From: Cyanophora paradoxa CCMP329
Taxonomy: Eukaryota > Plantae > Glaucophyta
DNA length: 64,000 nt
Direction of reading: 5' to 3'
NCBI GenBank assembly: GCA_004431415.1
Contig: QPMI01000259.1
Span: forward strand, 20,021 to 84,020
Shown here: in pieces, positions 49,568 through 62,500 of the stretch
How the letters are laid out: the number at the start of each line of letters is the position of its first letter
Numbering within the stretch: the first letter of the stretch is position 1
The notes under the pieces: model-generated
Database searches by the model: none
What the model was told of the DNA's origin: nothing
Seen by the model: the letters and a program-made list of their open reading frames with translations, nothing else
Translations under genes and position numbers: made by a program

Positions 49568-52500
49568 CTAGTGCTGGAGGGGGCGCCCCGGGCCGCCGAC
49601 GCTGGCGGCGCGGGAGGGCGGCGGGGGCGAGGTGGCCGAGCCGGCCTGGCCCTCGGCGGGGGGCGAGACCTGCAGCGTCACGGGGGCGGGGGCGGCGGGG
49701 GCCGACTGCGAGGGCCCGAGGTGCTCCTCGTCGTCGGGGGCGAGGGTCGTGCGGCGCCCGGCGCCCCCGACGGGGAGCGAGTGCGAGGGCGAGAGGGCCC
49801 CCCTCGAGGTGCTCCCCGGCCGCCGCGTCGGGACGGGCCCGGGGCTCGGGCTCCGCGACACCCCCGCGATGATCCCGACCAGAGAGGGCGTTCCTGCGCG
49901 GCGCTTTGCGAGGGAAAGAGGTGCGGGGGGCCGGGGCGCTCACCTTCGGCGACGGAGGAGCGGCGGCGCACCATGGAGCGGCGCCGGCCCGTCTGCGCCC
50001 CCGCCGACGCCGCCGCGAGGTGCGAGGCGACGGCGGGGTCGAGGGCCTGCGGCGCGGTCGGGAGTGGGGGCGGGGCGGAGGGGGCGGGGCGGGGCGGGGC
50101 GCACGGCGAGGGCGTCGACCTTGGCGGAGAGGGTGTCGAGGCGGGAGAGGACGGCCTCGAGGGAGCGCTGCAGCGCCGCCAGCTCCGCCTCGTGGCCCCG
50201 CTTCTCCTCCAACTCATCCTGCGCCAGCCGCACCCCGTACCTGCCGCGGCTCTCGCCCCCCGCAACGCCCCGGCCGCCGCGCCCCGCGCCCCGCGCCCCG
50301 CCGGCACCGCTTGAGCTTGCGCCAGCGGATGAGGGTACGGTGGAGCTTGTAGTCGAGGTCGGTGGGGGGGCGCTTCGGGGGGGCGCCGCGGAGGGCGTCC
50401 CCGCAGCCCGTCTCCACCGCGTCGGCGACGGCCCCCTGGCACCCCCGCTCCTCGTCGTACGCCTTCAGCCGCCGCTCCCGCTCCCCCTCCGACTGCCCAC
50501 CGCTCCCGCCTCAGCCCAGCCCCGCCCCGCTCCGCACCCCCGCCGCCCCCGCCCGCACCGCGTGCTCCTTGCCCGAGAGCGGTTTCCGAAGCTCCTCCTG
50601 CGCGCCGTTCACGAGGCGGGCGGTGGTGGGCGGCGGGCGGCGGCGCGCCTCCCTTCGTGCGGCGGCGGCGGCGGCGCCGAGGCTGCCGGCGCGCTTGGCG
50701 CGGAGGGTGGTCTTCCGCCAGCGTCTGTAGGCGGTCTGGACGCAGGTGACGGCGCACTCCTTGACCTTGCGCCGGAAGCGGTCCCGGTCCAGGAAGTGCG
50801 CCACCTGCCGCCCCGCTCGCCCCCGCGCCGCCCCGCTCCCCCGCGCCCCGCCCCGCGCGCCCTCTCCTCCACAGGGTCGAGCTTGATGAGGCCCGTGAGG
50901 ACGGCGATGAGCAGGCACGTGCACATGTTCCCTGCGCGGCGTCGGCGCGGCGTCGGCGCGGCGCCCCGGGTGGCCCCGCGAGGGTGCCCCGCACCGAGGA
51001 AGCCGGCGACGAGGACCTGCCGGCCGGCCGGTGAGCTCGGGGCGCGGGCGCGGCCGGCGGCGCGGGGCGCGCACGACGACGCGGCCGGCAGGGGTGACGG
51101 GGTAGAGGTCTCCGTAGCCGATCGTGAAGACCTGCCGCGCCCCGCTCGCCGGCCGGCCCGCCGCCCCCGCCCGGGAGCGCGCACCGTGACCATCGTCAGC
51201 CAAAGGCAGTTGCCTGCGCCGGCCGTCAGCGCCGCGCGCGCTCCCGCGCACATACCTTGCTGCCTCACGCACCGTACCTGACAGGGAGAGCAGGTTGGAG
51301 GCGGTCAGCAATCAAGCGTTCGGCGGCGGGGGCGGGCGAGGGTACCAGATGAGCTCCTTGCCGATGACCTGATGGCGGGAGCGGGGTGAGGGGCGGGGCG
51401 GAGCGCGAGGCGGGGAGCGGGCGCGCCGTCTGGAAGGCGGTGCCGTCGGGGTCGATCTGGATCTGGCGGAGGGCCGCCCAGCGCTCCAGGCACCACACCT
51501 GCCGCCCGCTCGCCCCGCAGGCGGCCCTCGGCGGGGGCGGCGCACGGTGTAGGAGCCCGTGGACAGGATGAGCGCAAAGATGATCGCCACGCTCCTGATC
51601 GGGTGGCGCTGCGGCCCCTCAGCGCGGCGGCGGCGGCGGCGGCGGCGGGCACGCACGTGGATGGTCATCTTGGCGACGAGGGCGGTGTCGAACTCGCTCT
51701 TGGTGAGCGCCTCGATGAAGCGCCCGCTCGGCGAGAAGAGGCGGCTGCGGCGGAAGATCCAGCGCCCCAGCAGGTACACGCGCAGGAAGACCGCGCTGGT
51801 AAGAATCGCCTCCCCCTGGAACCCGACCAGCGGCCGCACGTCGCTCGTCGCTGCCCCGCCCTCAGTAAGCCCACGACCCGCCGCCCCCAATCGCGCCGCC
51901 GCGGCGGGGCACCGGAGGCGGCGGTGCTGGGCCACGGGGGCGGATGCAGCGCCAGGATGACGAACTCGAGCAGGAACCGCCTTACAAGCCCGCTGTTCAG
52001 CAGCTGTTCCGCCCGTCAGCCGCCATGCACTGCCTGTCTCGCGCAGCGCGCCGCACCGAGACTCCGGACGGCAAACTGCAACGCAAGACCATATACTGGA
52101 GCTCGCTGAGGCGACCGCAGTGAGGGAGAATCCGATAAGACAGCTCAGCGGCTGTGCAACTGGACGCACTATCGGTACAGAAGCACTAGAAGAATGAGCA
52201 TAATTATGATGAAGATGCTGTTGACTCCCTAGGCAAGAAATCCCTTGAAATCAGTAGCTGAAGCAAAGCCAAGCCAAGCCCATTAAGACTAACCTTGATT
52301 ACGTTTGACATATCGTCCACACCGGCGCCTGTATCAGCAGTCAGCCCGCATCAGAAAGAAGATTCTGAATACGAAGGGTCTGTCGGCGCTGATGCGAGTC
52401 TGAACGTAAGATGGCCTCTAATCTGATCTAATGACGGCTCTCGTCCACGAACGAATGTACCAACGCCCGTCTAGCGGAAGGTATGCCAGTAAACTCTCAA

Positions 52501-52826
52501 CTCAGAGCCGCACCGCGCTGCCTGAGCTGCCACCGCAGCTCCGCCTGGACGACGGCAAGAGCGATATTTATTAGCTGCGAGAAGCTTGAGTTAGTTCGCA
52601 TTGGCGCGCTGCTAGAATTCGAAGCGTATTCACGGTCCGGGCTATTGGGCTAGGTTTTCTGCCGACAATAAGTAGGCGCGCGGTAACGGGCAGCGCTCGC
52701 CATCACAACGACCATCCATTTCGAGATGCTTTTCATCGCGAGGAGGACACGCTGCTGCGCCTTAAAACCGAAGCTGTCGGAGCTATCGCCCACGCACTCC
52801 GCGTCGGATACGGTGGTGCAGCCCAT
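49568..52826 (-). CDS. Small/intermediate-conductance Ca2+-activated (SK/KCNN-like) K+ channel (start uncertain)
   Basis: LLEFVILALHPPP, FLRVYLLGRWIFRRSRLFSPSGRFIEALTKSEFDT, pore LWLTMVT|VFTIGYGDLYP, post-S6 VAHFLDRDRFRRKVKECAVTCVQTAYR, C-terminal coiled coil. Confidence 0.8.
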
Positions 52827-53536
52827 TGCGAGCTCAAATGTAATCCGGCTCAGCCGCTGAGAGCTCTAAAGAGCCAGAGTTTGCGCCAAGCTGCCAGGCT
52901 GGGCCCGGCGCCAGTCGGAACACGGGAAGTCGCGACTTCGACGATTCAAATGTCCTGTGCGGCTGTGCGCTGACTTCAAACTCGATCGCGCATTCGCAGG
53001 CCCGCCGCGATATCGATCGGGCCGCCGATTAGGGCGGACCTTATTGAAGCGCTATTGCTCCCGGCACCCGCAATGGGGGTACTGCAGCATGTGGGCCGAA
53101 AAAAACCGGCCGGCCGGCGGCAGCGGGTACGTACACCAAGCAACCACTCCGCAAGCCTCGGAGTGCCCATGTCCGCGTAGCGCTAGTGCCGCGGCTGCGG
53201 CTGGCCGGCGCGGCGGCGCCCGCGGTCCGGCGCCGAGGCGCGCAATTGCATGCGCCGCGCGCCGGCGCAATTGCAAGCGCCGGCGCGGCGTACGCGTATG
53301 ATACGTAGCGCTTGCGCACGCGTACGCGCGTACGCAACACGGCCGTTGTCCATGTCGCTGAACCGATTCACCGATCTCGGATACTGCAGCTGGTCGATCA
53401 TATGCATCATCAGCACCCCTCGCCTGATGGCCTAATGGCCTCTATGTCCAATCCCCACGTCGAGCGGAGCGGAATTCAGCTGCAGGGCGAGCGCTAGCCT
53501 GGAGCATCGTGAAATCTCGTTTGAACCACGGCCTGC

Positions 53537-54248
53537 CTAGCTTGCTGGTGCATCGCTTGTAGGGGAACGATCCATCGGTTTTGAGAGGACGTAGCAATCC
53601 GGTGGCTCGATCCTCTGCAGCGGCGGCGCAGTTTAGCGGCCAGAAACCGACACGGCGCGCAAGAGGCCGGCTTAGCGTGCGCACCTTGTAGTAGTTCTTG
53701 ACCTCGTCGATGATAGAGAATCCGTACTTCTTGTAGAAGTTAATCGCATCGCTGTTGTTTGTCTGCACGTGGAGATACACATCCTCGATCTGCGCGTCCT
53801 TGGCCGCCATCTTGAGGAGCTTGTCGAGCATGAGAGCGCCTGCGCCCGTTGCTCAGACCCCACGCAATCGCAAGCATGGCTTCATGCATCCAAGTCGCAC
53901 CGACACCCAGCCTCCGGTACGGCGCGAGCACGCCGAATGTCATGATGTACAGCCGCGATCCGCCCGACGAGCGCGGTTCCACCCTACAGCAGTACGCGCC
54001 GACGAGTATGTCGTTGTAGTAAACTGCGCCGAAAGCTTAGCATTCGCGTGGCGGGCGCGCGCTCGGCGGGGCGCGCCTAGCTTCGTGAAGCGCGGGTTCG
54101 CGAGGAGGTCGGTGTAGAACTTGTCGTTGTACCGAACGGGAAACACGGCCACGTTCAGCACCTTCAGCTGCTCCATGTTCTTCTCCGTAATGTCGCCGAA
54201 GGTGACTTGCTTCTGCGTCGCTGCGGAGACGCCATCCGCCGGCGACAT
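53537..54248 (-). CDS. NAA50: N-alpha-acetyltransferase 50 (NatE catalytic subunit)
   Basis: ITEKNMEQLKVLNVAVFPVRYNDKFY..LYIMTFGVLAPYRRLGVG..YLHVQTNNSDAINFYKKYGF..NYYK|RIEPPDC. Confidence 0.95.
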
Positions 54249-54459
54249 GTTTGCGCTATGCCGCCGAACTATCGCGCGGCGGAAGAGCCCTGGCCACGCC
54301 TCGCTAGTCCGGTTCGGTCGGAATCAGTCCGCTTCCGGGGGTACAGTCCTCGGTTCGCCGAAGAATCCGGCTTGAAAAGTTGCGGCCTTGCGGCTGGGGC
54401 AGCGGAGTCGTCGTCTGATTAGAAAAAGGCCCTAGGGCCGAATCATCGCATCGCCCAGC

Positions 54460-56319
54460 ATGCGCTCGCCCAAGGACCACGCGGCCTTCGCCAGCCCGCT
54501 GGCGACCGCCGTGTTGCCACGGCAGTCTGCCTCAGCTTCCTGCAAGCACCCGGCTGCAGCATGTGCACTTCTAGACAGCGCACAGTCCCCTTCAATCCGT
54601 GCGCCGGAAACATATGATGCAGCCAGCGGGTCCGCGCGCGCAGCCAGCCGGTCGTTCGGGGCGTGCAAGGCTTCTCTCTTTGTGTCGAGGGAGGCTCGTT
54701 TTTCGTCCTCCGCAGCCCTGGGCGCCCATGCACGCAACTTGGCGGCAGCACGAGAAATCCGCGGCGGTGCTGTGGTTCCCGGAGGAGAGTGCTCCTCGTA
54801 CATCGCAGGCAAATCTCCGCCGGAGCTCGCCCGGGCCGACCTGCAGGATCCCGTCCTTCCCTCGTCCAGCGCCAGCGAGCGAGCTAGTCTGCAGGGTCTG
54901 TTGGACCTTCCGAATGGTCCCGGCAACGGCGTAGCGACCGTCGCGTCATCCAAATTCCACCTCGAGTTCAACGCTTCCTTGTCAGCGATGGAACGCGACC
55001 GGCGCGACCGGCAGCTGGCGACCGCATACGAGAAGTGCCGTGCTATCACGGCCCAGTACGCGAAGACGTTCTATTTGGGCACGATGCTCATGCCTCCGGA
55101 GAAGCGCAAGGCCATTTGGGCGATCTACGTTTGGTGCGCTCCCCTTCACGCCTCGCTTTGCTTCTTCTTACCGTTTGAACCTGAAGGTGCCGGCGCACGG
55201 ACGAGCTCGTGGACGGGCCACGCGCCCTGCGCTCCGATCTGCCGGTCGTTCTCGACGAGTGGGAGCGCCGCCTGGAGGCGCTCTTCGCCGGCCGGCCGAC
55301 GGACCTCTACGACCTTGCTCTCTGGGACACCCTCCAGGTGCGCAGCTGAGCTCGAGCCATCGCCGAGGCCGCGACTGAACGCACAACGCGCCCCTGCAGA
55401 GGTTCCCGCACGAGATCCAGCCGTACCGTGACATGATTGCGGGGATGGTGATGGACCTGAACCAGAACCGCTATCAGACGTTCGACGAGCTCAAGGCGCG
55501 CGCAGCGAGGAGGAGCGCCCCGCTGCTCTGCGCTCTGACACCCTCCCCACGCGCAGGTCTACTGCTACCGCGTCGCCGGCACCGTCGGTCTCATGTCGAC
55601 CGCAGTGATGGGGACCTCCCAGCCCGGGTGCGCACCTCGCCAGGACCCTTGTTGTTTGGCCGGCGAAGAAAGAAAAAGAGGAGGGGGCGCGGGGCGGCGG
55701 CGGGCTGAGGGCGGGCGCAGGGTGAACGTGACGGAGGAAGCGATCGCGCTCGGCATCGCGAACCAGCTCACCAACATCCTGCGCGACGTCGGCGTGCGTC
55801 CGGCGCCCCGCGCTCGGCGCGCGGGGCGGGGGCCGACGGGGCGGGGGCGCAGGAGGACGCGCGGCGGGGCCGGATCTACCTGCCGCTGGAGGACCTCGCC
55901 AAGTTCGACTACACAGAGGAGGACCTCATGCGCGGCATCAACGACGAGCGGTGCCGCCCCGTCGCCGCCCGCCCCGCCGCCCCGCGGCAGCCCTGACGCG
56001 GGCCGCCCGGCGTCGCGCAGGTGGAAGAACCTCATGAAGTACCAGATCGCGCGGGCCCGGCAGTACTTCTCCGTCGCCGAGAGCGGCATCGAGCCGCTCT
56101 CGCGGGACGCGCGCTACCCCGTCTGGGCCTCCCTCATGCTCTACCGCCAGATCCTCGACGTCATCGAGCAGAACGACTTCGAGGCGCGTCCCCCACCCGT
56201 CCCCCCGCCCTCGCGCCGCCGCGCTGACCGGCATGCAGGTCTTCTACAAGCGCGCTTTCGTGCCGCGCGCCCGCAAGTTCCTCACTCTCCCCGCCGCCTA
56301 CCTCCGCTCCCGGCAATAG
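54460..56319 (+). CDS. PSY: Phytoene synthase, plastid-targeted (8 exons)
   Basis: [20 protein letters not shown]|[38 protein letters not shown]|[11 protein letters not shown]. Confidence 0.97.
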
Positions 56320-56591
56320 GCCGCCCCCAGCGCGCAGCGCCCTTCCACCTTCGCATTCATTTCAAAAGCCCTTTTTTTAGCACCTTTAAAGCTAGCCCCT
56401 ATCGATCTCTTTCAAGCGTCGCGCGCGGGACTGCGGCGTCCCTCGTCTGTAGGTTTTAGGTTACAGGTACAGTAGAGAGCAGAGAACATTGGCCTGCGTG
56501 TGGATCGAGACAAGTACATCCACTCTCGGCCGAAAGGCTGCTGGTGGAAGGGGTGCGACGGAAGGGGCGCGGGGGAGTGCGGCGGAGCGGG

Positions 56592-59500
56592 CTAGAGGCT
56601 GTCGACGTTCTGCTGGGCAACGGTGGAGCAGCCGGCCTCGTCCTTGGAGACGCGGTAGTAGTACTCCACCAGCTCCCGCTGCGCCGCCCCGGGCTCGGGG
56701 GCGCGGCGGCGCGGCGGGCGGGGAGGCGCGCCTGGCCGAGGAGGCGGACGAACTCCTCGTCATGCGTGATGACGACGAGCTGGAAGTTCGCCTGCCCGCT
56801 CCGCGCCTTCACGATGCTGCGCGCCCCGCCCCGCTCGCCCCGGCGCCGAGGCGGCTTGGAGGCGGGGGCGCACTTCTGGAGGGCCACCGCGAAGCTCTCC
56901 ATGTTCGCGGCGTCTGCGGCCGGCCTCGGCGCCGGGGGGGCGCGGGGCGGGGGCGGGGGGGCGGGGACCGAGGTTCGTGGTGGGCTCGTCGAGGGCGAGG
57001 ATGCCGCACTGGAGGCCGAAGACCTCCGCCAGCGCCAGCCGGATGATCAGCGACGCTGCGCCCCGCCCCGGCCCCCTCAGCCCCGCCCCCCGCACCCCCG
57101 CTCCGCACGCCCCGGCCCCCCGCACCCAGGACCTTCTGGCCGGCGGAGCAGCGGCCACGCATGTCGAGCTCCACGCCGCCCTTCACCATCACCACCCGGT
57201 AGTTGTAGTTTCGCTGGCCCCGGCCCCCGCTCGCCCCCGCCGCCCCTGCGCCCGTGGCTCGCCGGGGCGGGGGCGGGCGCGCGGGGCGGGCGCGCCGTCG
57301 CCCTCGTCGACGTTGGAGCGGATGGCGATTGTGTCGATGTCCTGGCCGCGGTACGTGATCGCCCTGCGCCGGCTCGCCCGGGGGCGGCGCGGGGGGACGG
57401 GGGACGGCGGGGCGGGGGGGCGGGCCAGGTGTCCTTGACGAGGCGGTTGATCTCCTCCATCTTGAGGGCGTGGAACTTCATGAGTGCGCGGTCGAGGGCG
57501 GCGTGGAAGCGCTCGAGGTCGCCGTTCGCCATCGCCGTCGTGCGTGCCCGGATCTGCATCCTCCGGTACTCCTCGTCGATGTTCACGTACTGCCGCCCGT
57601 CACCCCCGCCCCGCCCTCCCCCCCGCACGCCCCGCCCCACGCACCCGCGGCGCCCCCAGCTCCTCCCGCACCTCCCGCAGCTTCTGCCGCAGCAGGCTCT
57701 CCGCCCCCTGCAGCTTCCCCAGCTGCGCGGCGTGAGGGGCCGCGGGGGGCGGGGACAGCGGCGGGGCCGGAGCGGGGCGGGCCCTGGCGGAGTACTCCTG
57801 GAGCTCGCGCTCCTCGCGCTCGAGGGCCCCCGCCGCCTCCCCGTGGCCCTCGATCGACTCCAGCTCCGCCTGCGCCCTGTCGTCCTCCGCCGGGGGGCCG
57901 GGGCGGCGGCGCCGGCGGACCCGCTTCTGGTCGATGGCGCGCTGGAGGTCGTTGACCTTGTCGATCTGCTCGCGCAGGCGCAGGTTGTCCACCACCTGCC
58001 GCAGCAGCGTTTCCTGCTCCGCCGCCTGCTTCCGCTCCACCTGCCCGCCCCGCCCCGTCCCCTCCGCCCCGCCAGGCGCCGCGGCGCGGAACTGCGCACA
58101 GCGATCTGATCCTCGAGCTCGCGAAGGCGGCGGCGGCCCTCCTCGAGCTGGTCGGCCGCCGCCCGCACCCGCTCCGCCGCCGCCGCCCCCTCCTGCTCCT
58201 TCCGCCCCGCCACAAAGCTGCCGCCCGTCGGCCGGCGCCCTTCGCCGGGCGGCGGGGCGCGCACGCGTCGATGAGGCGCGCGGCGCCTGTGTAGGGCGCG
58301 AGGTCCGCCTCGAAGGCCGCCAGCGCCTCCGCCCGCTCCCGCTCAATCCGCTGCGCCCCGCTCGCTGGAACCGCCCGGGGTCGCGGCGGGGGCGGGCGCA
58401 CGGCGGCGGCTCGCTGGGCCTCCTCGCGGGACTTCTGGGCCGCCTCCGCGTCCCGCCGCGTCGGCTCCGCCCCCGCACGAGCTCCTGCCGCCCGTCGCCC
58501 CCGCCGGCACCGCTCCGCCCCGGCCCCCGCACCGCGACCTCCCGCGCGAGCCGCCGCTCCGCCGCGCCGGCCTCATCGAGCTGCGCCCCGCGTCACCACG
58601 CGGGCCCGCGCGCCGCGTGCGGGGGCGGCGCCTGCTTGGAGATGCGCTTGTGCGTCTCCATCGTCCCCTCGAGCTTCAGGCGCCGCTCGCGCGCCTCCCG
58701 CCACGCGTTCTCCGCCCCCCGCAGCGCCGCCCCCGCCGTCTCCCGCTCCCGCTGCAGCTGCTCCCGCCGCCGGGTCGCCTCCGCTCTGCGCCCCGCTCGC
58801 ACGCGGCGGCGGCGCGGGGCGCGGGGCCGGACATCTTCTCCTCGAGGGCGTCGAGCTCGGCGCGGGCCTGGTCGAAGGTGCGGGCGCCGGAACGGCCGGC
58901 GAGGCGCGCCTCCTCCTCCTGCACGGCCCGCGCCAGCTCCGTGTGCTCCCGGAAGAGGCCGGCGATCTGCGCCCTGCCTCGCCCCCGGGCGGGGCCGGGG
59001 CGGGGGCGGGGCGGGCCTTCTCGGCGGCGGCGACGAGCTCGCGCGCCTCCCGCTCGTCGTGCTGCTCCAGCGCCAGCACGCCCAGCGCCTGCGCCCCGCT
59101 CGCCGCCCGGCCCCCGCCCCGCCCGCCCGCCCCGCACCCCGCACCTCCTCCCTCTCCGCCTCCAGCCCCGCACCTCCTCCTCGAGCGCCTCCGCCTCCCG
59201 CTCCGCCCGCGGTTCCTGCGCCACCCTCGCCGCGGGCCGGGGCGGGTGCGGGGCGGGGGCGGGCCTCCTCGGCGAGGCGCTGGAGCTCGCGCCAGGCCGG
59301 CTCCAGCTCCCGCGCCGCCCGGTACCTGCCGGCCGTCACCCGCCGCCCCGCGCCCCGCCCCGTCCCGCCGGGCCGCGCGGCGCACTCGGCCTCGAGGCGG
59401 GCGACGTCGCGGCGGAGGCCCTCGACCAGGCCCGGCCCCGCCGCGATCCTCTCCTCCATCTGCCCCCAGCTCGCGCGGGGCGGGGCGGGGCGGGGCGGGG

Positions 59501-62500
59501 CGGGGCGGGGCGGGGGCGGCGCCATGGCGGTGAAGTCGCGGAGCTCGGCGTCGCCGGCGAAGTCGCGCTCGCAGACCGGGCAGCAGTGCTCCTCCCGCCC
59601 CTGCCCCAGGAACCGCGAGTACATCCTCGTCAGCGACTCCGCCGTCGCCAGGTCCCTGGCCCCCGCCCCCGTCACCCCCCGCCCGCCCCGCCCCGCCCAC
59701 CCGGCCCCGCCCACTTTTGCTTTGCCGCTCCCGCCTCCTCCGCTTTGCGCACGAACTCCGGCACGTCGCTCGCCTGCGCACCGAGCCCGCGCAGGCCGCC
59801 GCCAGCGCGCGCCCCTTCTCTGCGCGGGTCGGCGCGGGGCGAGGGGGGGGCGGCGGGGCGCGCACCGGCGCGCTGCTGGCGGATGGCGGCGAGGGCGGCT
59901 TGGGCGGCGGCGAGGCGGCCGCGCGTGAGCTCGAGGCGGCGCTCCGCGTCGCGGGCCCTGCCCTCGGCGTTCCCGAGCCGCTCCGCGCGGCCGCGGTGCT
60001 TCTCCCGCACCGCCGCCTCGAGGCGCTCCGGGGCCCCCACAGGGCCCTCCAGCACGCGCTCCAGCGCCGCACGCTTCCCCTCCAGCCTGCGCCGCCGCCA
60101 CGCCCCGCTCACGCCCGCCGCCGCGCGGGGCGGCCGGCGGGGCCCGAGGGGGCGCGCATCGCGTCGGCCTGGGCCCTGCGGGAGTCGCGCTCCTGGCGGC
60201 GGAGGGCAAGCTTGATGGCGGCGTCGGCCTGGTAGCGCAGAGCCTTGACCTCCTCCTGCAGGCGGGCGCGCGCCGCCTGCAGCTCCCGCAGCTCCCTCTC
60301 GGCCTCCGCCGCCTGCTCCTCGTCGCCCCTCGCCGCGCCCCGCTCCCGCTCGCCCCGCAGCGCCGCCTCCTGCGCCCCGCTCGAACGACGCGGGGCGGGC
60401 GGGCGGCCGGCGCACGGCGTCCGCCTCGTCGGCCTGGGCGGCGGCGAGGCGCGCCTCGCTCGCGTCCAGGCCCTCCAGCTCCGCCCGCAGCCTCCCAGCC
60501 GCCTCCTTGCTCTCCCGCTGCGCCGCGCCGTCACCCCCGCCGCCCCCCCTCCGGCCCCGCCGTCGCACCAGGTGCGTCTCCTTGAGGGTGTGCGCCTGGC
60601 GCTCCGCCGCCTGCTTCACCCGCAGCTCCTCCAGCTTTCGCCCCCTGCGCCCCGTCAGCGTCGCCCCGCGCAGCGCGCCGGCAGCGCGCGCCATGTCGCG
60701 TCCTCGTCTGCAGCGGTGCGCTGCGGGGGCATGAGCGGGAGCGGGGCGGGGGCGGGGCGGGGGCGGGCCCTGGCGGTCTCGAGGGCGGCGCGGAGCTGGG
60801 CGGCGAGGGCGTCGGCACGGGCGGCGAAGGCCCGCACCTGCTCCTGCCCGAAGGCCTCCCCCGCGAACCCCTGCGCCCCGTCGCCCCCGCCCGCCCCCCG
60901 CCGCCCCGCCGGCGCCGCCGCGCGCACAGCGATGGCGTGCTTCTGGGCGACGGCGGCGATCGCCCGGTCCCGCTCCCGCACGTTCCGCTTGTGCGCCTGC
61001 CGCGCCCTCGCCCCCGCGGGGGGCCGGCGGGCGGGCGGGCGGGGCGTGCCTCGAGCTCGCCGGCGAGCTTGCCCTGCTGGGCGCAGAGGTGCGTGTGGGC
61101 GGCCTGGAGGCCCTCGACCTCGACGCGCGAGGCCTGCGCGCGCCGCAGCTTCGCCTCCAGCGCCCCCCGCAGCGTCTCCACCCCCGCCCCAGATTCCCGC
61201 CGGAACGCCTCCAGCTCCTCCGTGGGGTCTGCCCCGCATCGCCCTCGGCGCCGCACGGCCGCGCGGGCCCCGGGGCGCACACCCGTGAGGACGTCGTCGG
61301 CGAGGTCGTGCGTGAGGCGCTGGCGCTCCTCCTCCAGCGCCCCGCGCCGCGCCTCCAGCTGCGCCAGCTGCGCCCCGCCTCAGCCGCCCCGGCGGGCGAG
61401 CGGGGGTGCGCGGGGGCGCCTGGGCGTGGAGCTCGTCGAGGGTGCGGAGGGCCTCCTTCAGCGCCGCCACCCGCCCCTGCCGCGCCGCCAGCTCCCGCTC
61501 CCCCTGCCGCCCGTCGGCCCCGCCGCCCCCGCCCCGCCCCGCCCCGCGCGCCTCCTTGATCTTGACGCCGAGGTCGTGCACGGCGCGGCTCTCGCGGCCC
61601 ATGTTCTCGCGCAGCTGCGGCCGCGTGAGGCGGGGCGGCAGGAGGGGGCGGGGCGGGGCGGCGCGCCCTGGTGGCCTGCTCCTTGTGGGCGTGGAGGACG
61701 GCGAGCTGCGCCTCGTACTCCTTCACCTGCGCCGCCTGCTTCGTGCGGAGGGCGCGGATCGCCTCGAGGGCCTTGGTGTACCTGCGGGGCGCGTCGGCGG
61801 GGCGGGCGCGGGCGCGGGCGGGCGGCGGGGCGGCGGGGCGGGGGCACTTGGTGGCGGCGAAGATGTCGTCGAACTTGACCTTGAGGGTCTTCGGGTCGTC
61901 CAGCGGCCAGTTCGAGTCGTCCTGCCCGCCCCCTCGCCCCCGCCCCGCGCACGCGCCGCGGCGCCGGGGGCGCGCCTGGTGGCAGAAGACGACGTTCTCG
62001 AGGATCGCCTTCGAGACGCCCATCAGCTCCGGCACCTGCCGGTCCAGGTCCGCGCACCGGTGCGTCAGCGTCACCCGCTGCCGCCCCCGCCCCGCCACGT
62101 CAGCGCCCGCCACCGCCCCGGGCCGTCCGGCGGCACCTCGCCGCGCTCGTTCTTCGACTGCAGCGTCGAGTCGAGCGTCTTGAATTCCTGCTTGACGACC
62201 TGCCGCCCCGCTCGCCGCCCGCGCGGCCGGGGCGCCTGCTCCTGCCGCAGCGCGCACGCGCGCGGCCGCACCTGTGTCCGCGTCTTCTTCTCCGTGAGCT
62301 GGAATGAACGACATACGACGACGCTCCTGCCCGAGACGCTGTTGAAGCGGAGCTTGATCTGCGCCTTCACCTCCGCCTCGCCCGCCACCTGCGCATCCCG
62401 CCGCCGGCTCTCAGAAGCGCGACACATGCAGCTCTGGGGCGCTGATCACGCCTTCGGATCCATGACGAATGCTTGTCCGTTCCGAGCGTACGGAGGCATC

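Noticed and set aside
47953-56319. Plastid isoprenoid gene cluster (phytol kinase + phytoene synthase)
   Set aside because: Only two genes, separated by unrelated SK channel and NAA50
33471-62314. Very long R/G/A/P-rich ORFs in the track (e.g. 880 aa at 59672-62314, 664 aa at 57934-59928)
   Set aside because: Stop-poor GC-rich DNA reading through introns or antisense to real genes
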